A DNA stretch of 63,070 nt, the filler included, from Phoronis australis (Eukaryota > Animalia > Phoronida): NCBI GenBank assembly GCA_002633005.1. It is 5 parts of 5 records of this genome, joined end to end, with 100 filler letters (N's around TTAATTAATTAA, not from the genome) between each part and the next. Parts side by side here need not be neighbours in the genome. Positions count along the whole stretch, not along the records: positions 1 to 15,954 come from NMRA01001517.1; 4 more parts are not named here. One strand, written 5' to 3'. Position 1 is the stretch's first letter. The number at the start of each line of letters is the position of its first letter. This document shows positions 1 through 11,815 of this stretch, in pieces. The translations under genes and the position numbers were made by a program. Under the pieces are notes generated by a model. It was given only the letters and a program-made list of their open reading frames with translations. It did not search any database and had not been told where the DNA came from.

Positions 1-1313
1 CACGTAAGAAAACTGATGTAATCAAATGTGTTAATGGATGGGACACGTGTCTAGTCCGAGACAGAGGAAAATACTTGAAGAAAACTTACGCAAGAAAACT
101 TATATTATCGAACACGTTAATATATGTGACCCGTGTCTAGTCCGACACAGTTTTGAAGCACAGAGGACAGTACTACGCTCACGCCGGATTAACGAAGTTG
201 GATTTCGAAGGAGACTATTACATCACGTTTTGCTGAAAACGTATTAAATGGGGGACCGACAACGGCCAATCTCATCTTAGCTGTAAAGAATTATGACGGT
301 ACCAGGAGCACTAGGCTACAGCAGAGAAATGAAATCGACAGGCGAGGAATTTCAAAGGGTCTTATTAGTAGTATTGATAATTTAGTACTGCCGGTACCCG
401 GGATAGGTATACGAGACATCTGTTGTTGAGAGATGAGAGGGTGCAATATTTTTGTTGAGAAAGGAGAGAGATCCAAGGGGATACTACAACGACGAAACCT
501 GGCTCCGCGAAATAAGGTAATCCACCTTTTGTTCTTATTTAGCAATGTAATCCCTATTTTGTTTTAGCTCTCAATCAGTTGAACTATACTGTATACAAAC
601 ACAACGTATTCAACGTCTTTTGAGTGTCAAAACATCCGGGTGATAAACGGTGCCACGTCCTAACCTGCCTGATAACGTCAGCAGTCACGTGATTTCCAAG
701 TCGAGCTCGTCTTTCGCACGGTTTACCGGTTACACGTATGACCTTCGATTGAGGTGCCTCTCTAACGGGTCCAATAATCCTATTACGTCATGAAGTATGA
801 CGTCATTGACACTTATGTCTGGTAGGCGGATGATGACCTTTGACCAAAAACCTTCCCTAATGGGCGTCCTAAACCTCTTACCAGACTACTAAAGCAAGTA
901 ATTTGGAAAATCTCGAAATTTTGTTGCTCATCAGCTGCCCACGTAGTTATATGATTGTGACAATGGGCATATGTGCTCACATTGTTTAGAGGACAGTTGA
1001 TGATGATTTTCTGACTACATTGCCAGTTTCCAATGCTTACAACAACCTTGAAATACGCATATGTGTAAGCCCGACTCAAGTAGTGTTAAGTCGAACACAC
1101 CAAGGAATGAACAAATGAATGTACTGGAATCTGATGTAGTACTTTAGATGGGAATAAATGAATTTCAGTTTGCACATACCATTGTACATTTACTTACTCG
1201 TGTGCTTGAACTGTATCATTTGGTGGAGGTCCTTTAGGAGGGCTGGAGCAGTAACAATCTTCATCAGAGCCCTGTACGCAGAGGAATCATCTTGAAGCCA
1301 CATTGTCAGCCTT

Positions 1314-2125
1314 TTATTTTTCTTCAGACAGCTGTTCGTGCTGACACCTCTGGACAGATCTATCTTCGTCCTCCCAAGTGTGAATGCCTCGGATGTGATG
1401 CAGTATTGACAGCCAAGTTCGCTTCAACTTCTGCAAATAAGAATTCTGGATGTTGTTGAATGTTGTTTTCGAAAAAAACTTGACTTTTCCAAAGTCCATC
1501 ATTGTCTTCACCGACTGAAAGGTGTTTCCAGTGAAGAGCACACCACTGGACATGGTTAAGTGGACCTCCGGCTTACCACGGACAGAGAAACAACTGTCTC
1601 ACTGGCCAGAGTGTCCCGCTACACACTCACACTGGATGGTGACCTGAGCACCCAAACTGCTTATATCGTGTCGTGTGACCCCCTCGCCACACATCTGGCA
1701 CCTTCTAAATAGCTCCAACACTTTAGACAAGACCACAATAAACTTATCAAAGTTCAACTCACCGCTCTGTTCACTGGAAGACGAACTATCCTCATCAGTG
1801 GGTGTCGAATTTGGCCTCTAATCACTCCCACTACTCAATATCGCTGCAGGGCTGCTTAGAGGCTCTGGGCTGTTGTTTCGCAGGGATCTTCATCAGTTCA
1901 GCGTACAAATCTCTTTCGTAATCGGACAGCAGGAAGTGCTTGCCACACACTCGGTAATTCTCCACTGCTTTGTACTTTGCGTGGACGGGTAACACTGCGT
2001 TCTTCACACGAACGAGCCTAGTACGGCGAGGTGTCTCATCTTTCGGAAAGCGATGCAAATGTACTCCCAAATCGCGCGTGAGACGATAATTAGTACATCC
2101 CGGTACGCAGCAACAGTGTGGTACA
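1314..2125 (-). pseudogene. Degenerate THAP-domain DNA transposase fragment (Kolobok-like)
   Basis: THAP HCCCVPGCTN...LHRFPKD...RVCGKHF (ORF 1831..2178). Followed by KFIVVLSKVLELFRRCQMC...GAQVTIQCECVAGHSGQ*DS...MSSGVLFTGNTF, read by hand across an in-frame TGA, which is the pattern seen in THAP-containing Kolobok-type transposases. Confidence 0.65.
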
Positions 2126-3117
2126 ACAGAAATGTGCAGCTGTGACAACTGTAGTAATATCAGCAACATTGACTGCATAACATTGGATAGTTCTTTGACA
2201 AGTCAATCCTAAATAGACCTCCAACCCCGTTATTTCGTTTTTCTTGTATTAAAAAGTGAATTTTATTTGTTGATTAAGTCATAGAGAGTACATACTTTGA
2301 TCATTGTCATGTATTTGTCTCATACTGCTTGATAAACGCTGTCAGAATAATCTATTATTTTCATACAGTCTGTGTGCACATTCACAGAGATCATTCAACT
2401 ATATTGTTTTTGTACTATAACGTATTTCTGGTGTATTATGCAAACAAGCTGTATTTTACACCATTTGTCAATGTTTTAGTCATTGAGGCACAAATTTTGC
2501 CCAGTCTCAAGTGTTTTGTGTTATTTTTGTTGCCTGACAATGCCAGAATAACTTCCTAGCAACATTCAGACTTAATTTGCATTTTTGCCACTAGGTGTAT
2601 CTTTACATTTTTTAAATTCCACTGTTTACAATTAATCTACAATAGTAAAACATGTAATGTGAGTGTGATATTGTTGAATACAATGGCAATGATGGGACAA
2701 TATTACTTGTTTTACAAAAAAGTCAACAAAACTGCTGTTTTTACAAATATAAGTTTACTAAGCTCTTTGGTGATTACTAGGTAACTTCAAACTCAAATTT
2801 CTCAAAATGTGCAACTTTATATGTGGGAACTTTCTAGATTTGGAAAACACTCTAATAAATGAATTAAAAAACACCAAAATAAAATTGCCCCCCCTAAAGT
2901 ACTCACAAAAACCATTTTCTAGAGGCCCTACACATTCTGGCCCACCGACTACTTCACTTGATGATGAGTAGCTTTCTTTTTACAGTCTACTTGAGAGAAA
3001 ATAGGGCTCGTTCGTCGTCAGTGCCAGCTAATGCGCCCTTTGACATAACTAAAATAATTCGTTTTTTCACAGAAAAAGTGTTGCTCAAATATAAGTCTCA
3101 AATTCACATATAGGCGC

Positions 3118-6005
3118 TGACAGAAGGTGTTGTGGAAGGAGCAGTATGTAGTTGTGGAAATGTGTGCAAGAACACCCGTGGCTTACGTGTCCACCGATCA
3201 AGATCGCGGTGTGGTTATCAGGAGAATCAAGAGCAACGAGCAGAGGATCCCTCTGGTGAGACGTTGGAGGTACCCACACAGGATGAACCCCACAGGGCTG
3301 GGAGTCTACAAGCCGATGAGCCTTCAGATAACGACCCTGTGTTCCAGGGAGAGGACACGTCAGGGCAAGGCAGACCTCCACCACGCCAAAGAAGGAAGAG
3401 AGTGAAATGGCTAAAGATGACGAAAGAAGCAGCATGGAAGGCTTTTGATGGGGATGTGCACAACATCATGAAGACAACTTTGATGGGCAGCGTAGAAAAG
3501 AAGATCGAGAGTTTCACCACAATCATGTACAACGTGGCTTTAGAGCGGTTTGGTACACAGGAAGAGCGTACGAGAGCACCACGGCAGGAAGTTCCGAGAG
3601 GCAACAGACGGGAACGGCGCATCAAGGAGATACGAACTGACCTAAGATCACTTGGGAAGGCTTTCCGCAAAGCCCGGGAGTAGGATAAGGTCGGGCTGCA
3701 GAGGCTTAGAGATGACTTACGGTATGTGCTCAGACGCCTGCGGAATGCAAAGAGGTTACGTCGAGAAGGAAAAGGCTAAGCGAAGGTCTCACTTTGTCAA
3801 GGACCCCTTCAGATTTACAAAGACCTTACTGGGGGAAGAGAGATCAGGCGAGTTGCAGTCAAGCTAAGAGGCAATAGAACAACATCTTAACGCAGCTCAT
3901 GGAGATGACAGACGAGATGTGCCCCTCGGAGTGTGTTCGAGAGAGGAGGCTGCGAATAGGCCAGAGAGTGAATTAGACATGAAAGAACTGCTGCAGGTGG
4001 TTAAGAAAGCCCGATCGGGTTCAGCCCCAGGTCCAAGTGGCATTCCGTACAAGACCTACAAGAAGTGTCCCTTGCTGCTAAGGCAGCAGTGGCTGATTCT
4101 AAGAACAGTATGGAGAAAGGGCAAGATACCAACTGGCTGGAAGGTCGCAGAGGGCTGCTTTGTGCCCAAGGAGAAGGATGCTGCTAAGATTGACCAGTTT
4201 AGAACAATATCACTGGTGAGTGTAGAAGGGAAGATGTTCTTTGGGATCCTTGCTAGGAGGTTGACATCCTATCTCTTGGACAATAAGTACATAGACACAT
4301 CTGTCCAGAAAGGAGGAATTCCTGGTTTCTCAGGCTGTGTTGAACATACGAGCGTCTTGAGCCAGCTGATTAGGGAGGCCAAGTCGAAGAAGAAAGACCT
4401 GACGTGTGTGTGGCTGGACTTAGCCAATGCCTACGGTTCCATACCCCACCAGCTGATCAATATAGCATTAGAGTACTATCATGTTCCGGAGCATATCAGT
4501 CGCATGCTAACGTATTATTTTCGAGGTATCCAGTTGAGGTTTACTGCAGGCGCCATCACTACAGACTGGATCAAGCTGGAAAGAGGTATAATAACTGGAT
4601 GTACCATCTTTCTTACTGTGTTCATCATGGGGATGAGTTTTCTGATAAAGGCCGGAGAAAGAGAATGTAGGGGTCCGAGGCTACAGTCCGGTATCGTGGT
4701 GCCTGTAATTAGAGCATTTATGGACGACTTGACAGTAACTACGGTGACGCATGTGCAAGCTCGGTGGGTTTTGGCAGCACTAGATGAAGTTGCAACGTGG
4801 GCTCGTATGAAGTTTAAACCCAGGAAATCGAGACTTCTGATAATGAGAGGTGAGAAAGTGGTCAACAGATTTACCTTGACCATTCAAGGCGAAGAAATTC
4901 CATCAATTGTTAATAACCCCATCAAGTACCTAGGCAAATGGTACGATGATCTGTGCCACAAGAACAACATCAAGCAGATGGAGACCCAGGTGACGGAGTG
5001 GTTGAAGAGAATAGAGAAAAGCGGTCTTCCTGGCAAGTACAAGGCATGGATTTACCAGCACGGGCTGTTACCTCGAGCAACGTGGGGTCTTATGCTGTAC
5101 GACATCCCGATATCGGCGGTAGAGTGCCTGGAGAGAACAGTAAGCAGGTGGCTGAGGAAGTGGTTGGGAGTCCCAAGAAGCTTCACACAGGTTGGCCTTT
5201 ATAGCAGAACAGCAGAGCTTCAGCTGCCTCTAGCATCAATCACGGAGGAGTTTAAAGTAGGAAAGTGCAGGCTGGTTCTCACATTACGTGACTCTAGAGA
5301 TCCAAAGGTGAGGGATGCTGGCGTCATGACAAGATCAGGGAGACGGTGGTCAGCAGACACATCTGTGAGCCAGGCGGAGAGTTTGTTACAGATCAGAGAT
5401 ANNNNNNNNNNNNNNNNNNNNNNNNNNNNNNNNNNNNNNNNNNNNNNNNNNNNNNNNNNNNNNNNNNNNNNNNNNNNNNNNNNNNNNNNNNNNNNNNNNN
5501 NNNNNNNNNNNNNNNNNNNNNNNNNNNNNNNNNNNNNNNNNNNNNNNNNNNNNNNNNNNNNNNNNNNNNNNNNNNNNNNNNNNNNNNNNNNNNNNNNNNN
5601 NNNNNNNNNNNNTGCAAGATCTGTATGGTGGTTGCTGGAGAAGATTGGTGTGCGAGGGGGAAGGAAGAAAGCTGCAGTGAGAAGACTGGGCGAGACAGCT
5701 GAGAGGACATCTTGTTGGCTGTGGTACCGTCGGAATGAAGGAAGTTGGAGGCCTCAGTGATGCACAGTGGGTTGGCCGCCACTGTGGACCCACCAGTGGA
5801 GACCGTTATGGTTTAGGGTCGAAACGAGTCGAGGAAGCTGGATGCCATCTGACGACATCAAGCTACGCCTCCAACTAGTTAGTGTACGGCGGGTAGAAGA
5901 GAATCCTGGTTTAGCTGTTACGAAGAAGGGGCGACAAGACGTCAGACTGTATAAAAGCTTGAAAACTATTGAGGCAGATAACATCACTGTAAGTACACAC
6001 ATCGC
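3118..6005 (+). mobile_element. Non-LTR retrotransposon of the restriction-like-endonuclease type (Hero-like clade); probably 5'-truncated, degenerate
   Basis: N-terminal Cys/His finger CSCGNVCKNTRGLRVHRSRSRC, motif FVKDPFRFTKTLLGEERSG and a full RT domain. Flanked by 29-bp direct repeats (3089-3117 and 6006-6034, 2 mismatches). Confidence 0.85.
3132..5760 (+). pseudogene. Disrupted retrotransposon ORF (zinc finger and reverse transcriptase; endonuclease region lost in the N gap 5402-5612)
   Basis: RT motifs SAPGPSGI, FRTISLVSVEGK, WLDLANAYGSIPH, GIITGCT, FMDD and YLG in ORF 3919..5760. Upstream pieces are interrupted by TAG (3681), a frameshift near 3765 and TAA (3865). Confidence 0.88.
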
Positions 6006-6734
6006 ATATAAGTCTCAAATTCAATTATAGGCGCCTACTGACTGTTTCTTATTTTGGGCACACCTAGTGTATGTCGTGTCCATTTTGTTCACGCTTCATT
6101 TAATGTTGCATTTCGCCCTGTTAAACTGGCTAAAAACTAAAATCGAATTAGGCTTTTTACTTTCATAAGATGTATTCCATAATATTTCGTAATAGGATTA
6201 GATCTCCGTTATCAACATAAACCTCATAACTGTCAACCCGTCAGAGTTTATTGCGAATCCGAAAATGTCGCACCTATATGTACGCATTGCTATGATTGAA
6301 TTGGCTCATTTTTCAACAATTGACCTATCGCAAACTCCGCCAACTTGGGTAATTTCGGCAGACAAACAATAACTTTTACCCAGCAACGTGTTGTCGGCTA
6401 AAATAGCGGCTTGGAAACGTAGGTGGGTTAAGGATGACTGGCCGGTTAAGCCGTCACTCAAAGTCCTGGTAATAGGTCAATTTCAAAATCGGATGAGCTT
6501 GGTGATGCTTCTAAACCCAAAGCGTTCTGGTTGAGAATTCAACATTGACGGCTAAACAACGACGAAATGATCCTTTAAACCCTTCACACCGCGGTTGCAA
6601 ACAGTTTTGGTATGATATAGTACTTCTTCAAAGTTTTTGTGTGACGTCATCAGTGTATGCCATTTTCGACATTGTGTTGTTCTACACCATATGCGAGGTG
6701 TAGTGGTCTCCAAAACTGAGCTCGACTGAGCATT

Positions 6735-6850
6735 ATGAGAAGTGGCATGCGCGGAGGATGCACTGATAATAGTCGGATGGACAATATTTCAAGTTTTTGC
6801 TTTTCCAAAAGACCCCAACATCGCCCAGAAATGGCACAAGTTAATGCGTA
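6735..6850 (+). pseudogene. Frameshifted N-terminal THAP domain remnant
   Basis: MRSGMRGGCTDNSRMDNIS, then in a shifted frame VFAFPKDPNIAQKWHKLMR (C..C..FPKD....W THAP pattern). Confidence 0.55.
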
Positions 6851-8784
6851 CACCCAGCCTAAAAACAAACGATGTGATTTCAAGTTCTGTATTTTTAAAG
6901 TATTATTTGTCAATTCCTCCTTACCTTATTTCGTGGGTTTTGAGATCAAAATAATTTCGAGTATGGAAATGAAACCCCGGGATTTATGTGTTCATACTGA
7001 ACGTCCCGCCATCTACGAGAAATAAGACGTGATGTGTCGTGTTCCACCGTGACGTGAACTTGGATTTTAAATTATTGATTAAAACAGTTTAAACTCAAAT
7101 CTTCATAAAGTTTTATTATCGAACATTATTACATGGCGAATAACATTTATCTGTACAGTAATATGTACTTTATAAAATAAAGACTTGAAACACATATTAT
7201 AAACTCTCACAACCAAGGCAGTTTACACTCTGGAATAATTTCTAAAAACCTTCAAACTATGGCGTTAGTTTCAGAACGACAGCGGTCTGTTGGCGTTTTT
7301 ACTAAGGGAGTCCAATCTCGTTTCAAATGAATGCACAGAACGGTTCCTTGTTCAGAACACAGAAAGATTTTCTTTGCTTATATCAGTCGGCGCACTCAAT
7401 AATTCCTCGTCCATCTGTAACCAAGCAAAATGTACAGAAACACAGAGAAAGTACGGCTGCTCTATAGGCAGTGTTCACTGTGCTACTTCATGAATTACTT
7501 TCATAAGCACATTGCGTTAGTGTAGTGGAACGTGTACACGGAAACTGACGAATGTTTCGTATCGAATGGCCTCCGGTGTTTGCCTCGGAGATGAAAGACG
7601 TCAGTCCATGTGTGGACTTCGTCGTCACGGCAAGTCGTATGAATTTCAAGCTGGGAAATTACTAGCTGCATGTCTGAAGTTGACGCATGCCCAGACAACG
7701 TTCACCTCAGCAGAGAAATTTGAGGCTAGGAAAATACCCGAGGTTTTCCAAATGGATCACGAATAAGAGACTTTGAAACACTTCAGTTGAAGTTTGAACT
7801 CGAGTGTGGATTGGATAATCTGTTCAAGAACGTTACGATTTATCCTGTAACCAAGAGGATTTTGCTCTATTTCATTAAGTACGCAGACTTGTTAATAAGG
7901 TCATACATAAGTTTTAACAAGCGCGCGAAAAGGCAAAAATAAGCAAGACTGCTCACCGCGCACTGCAGGTTCACTCATGAGATTCATTCGTCTACGGAAC
8001 GTACACCGGTTCTATCTAAAATTTAAGCTTGTGAAGAGGGTCAAAACCTTTGCACTATGAATGTCGGAAAATGATGGGACCAAACAGTATTTTTCTTATT
8101 TTCAGTCAAATTTGTTTTGTTTTGACGACCAGCATAACTAACCCTCTCAACTTTCACACAGTGCTTCGGCGAGTACGTTTTGCGTTCTAATTCTATACAG
8201 TTCCTACTACAGAAACATAGGGAGTAGATTTGTCATTTGCTTTCCGATTTTGCACATCATTTGTGTGGAAAATCCTCCAGAGGTCGCTTTGCCAATCGAT
8301 TGTTTTTGGTGTCAAAACTAGAATTGTTTGCTTTCTGCATCAAATTCAGTGGAACTCGGTCTTTGAGATTTTTTACTGGAAAATAGGCGTTTGCACCAAA
8401 GCCAGTTTTAGTAAGAAAAATAAGAAGTCTTGTACGTTTATTCCGAAACCAAGGGATTCGTGCCACTTCTACTGAAGGTCGCTTTTGCACTGGTGCCATG
8501 AAGAAATCAAAAAATGTCTTTAATGAATGTACACCCACCCAGGCACGGTGCTCGTCGAGCACTAGGTGGGGTTCCGACTGATATCCACTTGACGCCAGAC
8601 CCAACTAAGAGGAGTCAAACAAGATAACGTCAAATCTGCGGTATTTCGTGAGCCCGCATACAGAAGACAATAACGTTGGTGTTCCTGTGGAACTTAATTA
8701 CATATACATGTAGGTGCTTCTGACGGTTACTGCAAGACATTGAAACAGAGGCAAAAGCTAACATATGAAATGTGCTGCACTGAC

Positions 8785-9004
8785 CTTTTACGTGTTTATC
8801 TTTAGCTTCCTTGCATATTTTCCTGAATCGGTCGCTCGACATAAGTTTCGAAAGACCAACATTGAATAATTCCGGAAAATCACTATCCTTGCACGACATC
8901 ATGCCGTTTCCGCGGACTGTGCATTGATACGCCGGTCCTGAGACCTCTTTGATTTCCTTTGTATAACCCTGCATGTCAAAGATTCCCGCCATCCCAGCGT
9001 CTAT
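8785..9004 (-). CDS. Orphan coding exon resembling the C-terminal part of animal solute-binding-protein (periplasmic binding protein type 2-like) proteins
   Basis: Acceptor ttttattccag| then IDAGMAGIFD...AYQCTVRGNGMMSCKDSDFPELFNVGLSKLMSSDRFRKICKEAKDKHVK, with donor AAG|gtcagt. A possible next exon starts at 8604. The family call comes from motif recall (IDA; MxxKD...FNxGLxxL...C...H). Confidence 0.45.
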
Positions 9005-10297
9005 CTGGAATAAAACGTTAATTTATTGATTTCTTAATTCTTGCGTTAACCAATCATCCAAACATCTTGACACAACGTTTAAAAGTTAGCAAGAGTCCGT
9101 AAAAGCAATCGATGCCGCATATACTCTCGAACCCAGATTATATTAGCCTTTAGTCTGACTGGTCTGACTCTTGACTGGTCAATGAAAGATGAAGTCACCA
9201 GGTGTATCATATAAGCTAAACACAAAAATCATGCTTTTATAACCTTAAAAGGACACTAAATCATGTTTTAACGATTCAAAATAATCCTCGTTCTGTCACC
9301 TGCTAATGCATCATTGGTGTTCCAAGTTAAAGGCAGAAATCAACTAAAAACTAATACTCCCTTTCTCAAAAATTGGATATTGTGGTCCTTGGTAGGTGAT
9401 TCTTTTCCTCAGATGCCGTGTAATTCTCAAAAAGCGTAGCTCACGCTTGCTCGTTTAGCAGACTGTGTAAGGAGCTTTCAAATTTTCCCTCCAAAATTTG
9501 AGGGTCGTCGAGGGCTACGGATCATTATTTTGTTTCAGAGAACTGGATGGGAAATTCGTTTAGTATTTGCTAATAGACCAAAACCGGGTTTGGCGTCCTT
9601 TTAACTGGCGTAACTTGAGAGCCATAATCCAGACGATAGGTTTGGGGATCAAATTTATGATCACCACGCCTACTGCTCACATGTAACTCGAACAGAACAC
9701 CTTGATTTTCTACAACTGTGTCACATATGTTATCGTAAAGGAGAATGCCACCCAAAAAACAACCTATTTTTGATCAATTTAGATCGAGTAGTTCTACACG
9801 ATAACGGCACGTTCGGTTGCGTTACCTAACACCTGACAACAGACGGAGGTGTTAAAATTATCCAATGACATAATTGGTTTCACACGCAGTCTGTTCAGCA
9901 GTTCACAACACGGGTTAGTGGTGTCAGCTTATCGCTTGAATTCATCGTATAACACCAATAAACCGTCAAACATCGATGTAAAACCCTTATAAATACACCG
10001 AGTTCTTATAAAAAGTGTTGTTTTATTTCGCTGTTACGGATTTCCTGGTATTTGGACACACCGTAGCCTACAAAGTTCGGTATGCTAATTTACCAAAGGT
10101 AATGCCGTAGCATGAGATTGGGGTCTGTTCGGAGATAAATTCGAAGTATTCTTCCGTGAAATACAGAAAGTAGAACCTAGATCTGTGTTGTTTATACTTG
10201 TGATTTTTTAAGTTCTAAACACACAAAACGCTTGTTATCCCGGCCAGTGGCTCGGAACCCGATCAGGCCCGTCGCGGCCGGACTGACTCGTTATCCC

Positions 10298-10450
10298 GCC
10301 TCCCGTTCAGTAACACTAGGACCTCGCTAAAACGCAAGACTTCGCGAGATTACGTGAGATATTGCCGTGCATTTTGAATAGGAATACGTGACTTTGACTA
10401 GGTTTTAGTTAGGTCCTAGCGTAGGTCCTAGCGTCTACTGAACGCCCGCC
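10298..10450. mobile_element. ~150-bp MITE-like dispersed repeat, copy 1 (nested in the Kolobok-like element)
   Basis: Imperfect TIR cgttcagta(g)acRctaggacct at both ends. Related copies at 18481-18633, 24195-24345 and 57671-57823, and a partial copy at about 61202-61256. Confidence 0.7.
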
Positions 10451-11151
10451 CGGACAGTGGCTCGGAACCTGGTCAGGCCCGTCGCGGCCGCCGGGACTGG
10501 CACGAACATAAACCAGCTTGAGTTGGAAATTAAACCTCCAGTCACGAAAAGACTATAGTAGTGAGCCAAAGAAATAATGTGCACGTAATTATTTATGTGA
10601 ATTAGCCACGGAACTGAAAATCTACTTACTTGTCGGGAGCCGTGAAGGTCCCCTTCCACAGACCGTCACGGCAAAGGTTGTACAGTAACAATGATTTGAA
10701 TAATGTAGTTGTATTTCTAAATAAAGATTCCTCTAACATGTGACCGTAGCATATAAAATCGAGTAATTGTTTCACAACAGCTTTCTGTCAGAAAACACTG
10801 AATTAGCATGTGCTCACACAGCCTCGGTGCCCGGTCAATAAGCTTTGTTGCTGGGATCAAAAGCTGGTAACGCAGTGGTTTATTCATAGCTGGCTTCTCA
10901 AAACATTTGCGCTCAATGGCACTTCAATGCATTACAAATTGTATCTAATGAGACAGACTTTGTTTCAGTTTCATATAAGCATTGGTTAGGATGAGAATAA
11001 TTCATTTTGAAACAGAACGCAGAATAATAAACGTCTACGTGGCAACTCGCCCGGCGCCAATTCCGCCTTAGCCAAGAGCTCATCCGACGAACACTTCACC
11101 GGCCGGATCGTTAGGTTTCACAGGCTATCAGTTCGAACCGGAATACACTGA

Positions 11152-11448
11152 TCAAGAAATACTAGAGAGGCGCCGTGAACATGCATAGGCAACGGAACGT
11201 ATGGATAGTTCTTTGGTAAGCCCAAATTCGTCAGAGAAATCATTGTCGACGAAATGCCGGCCAGAGACACGGAGATGTTTCACAGCCCCATACTTGCTAT
11301 TAACAGCATACACTTCAATCTTCACTACCGCGAACCACTTCCTAAGGATTTCAGGCTCTCGAGGAAGTGGAAAATACGATATACACGCTTTCTTCTCAGC
11401 TTCATAGTTCGGACAAGCGGGAACCGATGCACAGCAATATAGCGGCAT
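11152..11448 (-). pseudogene. THAP domain remnant of the Kolobok-like transposase
   Basis: MPLYCCASVPACPN...YFPLPREPEILRKWFAVV...LRVSGRHFVDNDF; the third Cys is lost. Confidence 0.7.
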
Positions 11449-11815
11449 TCACTCTGCAGACGAACCACTGACGTCACTGCGTCGCTTCTCACCTTCCTCA
11501 GAGGTTAACGCGACACCTCTCGGCAAGGTGAGGTCGACGGTATAAGAGGCAATTTGGATATAGACCGATTAAGACGGTAAAAAGACTAATTAAATCGGGT
11601 GGCATTCTCTTTTAACTCATACAGGTTATCCTAGAAAACATAACAGCATGCACTTCAAATCATCGAGCAGCATTTGACTAAACGTATGTCAGAAAAAAGG
11701 AAATGAAAGAAATAAAAGGCAATATGAAATGTTGAAATACGCTTACGAATTTGATCCTAGCTACGTAGGTTCGAAAACCAAACCTAATGCCCTCATTTTC
11801 GAGATTCACACAAGA

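Larger units (their letters stand above)
9739..11611 (-). mobile_element. Internally deleted Kolobok-like DNA transposon
   Basis: 15-bp TIRs aggagaatgccaccc (9739-9753) and gggtggcattctctt (11597-11611), 14/15 match. Flanked by gtaa and ttaa (degenerate TTAA TSD). Contains a THAP ORF on - and a convergent YQFEP fragment on +. Confidence 0.75.

Noticed and set aside
3085-5204. Alternative-frame and antisense ORFs within the retrotransposon
   Set aside because: Shadow ORFs of the RT coding region with no independent motifs.
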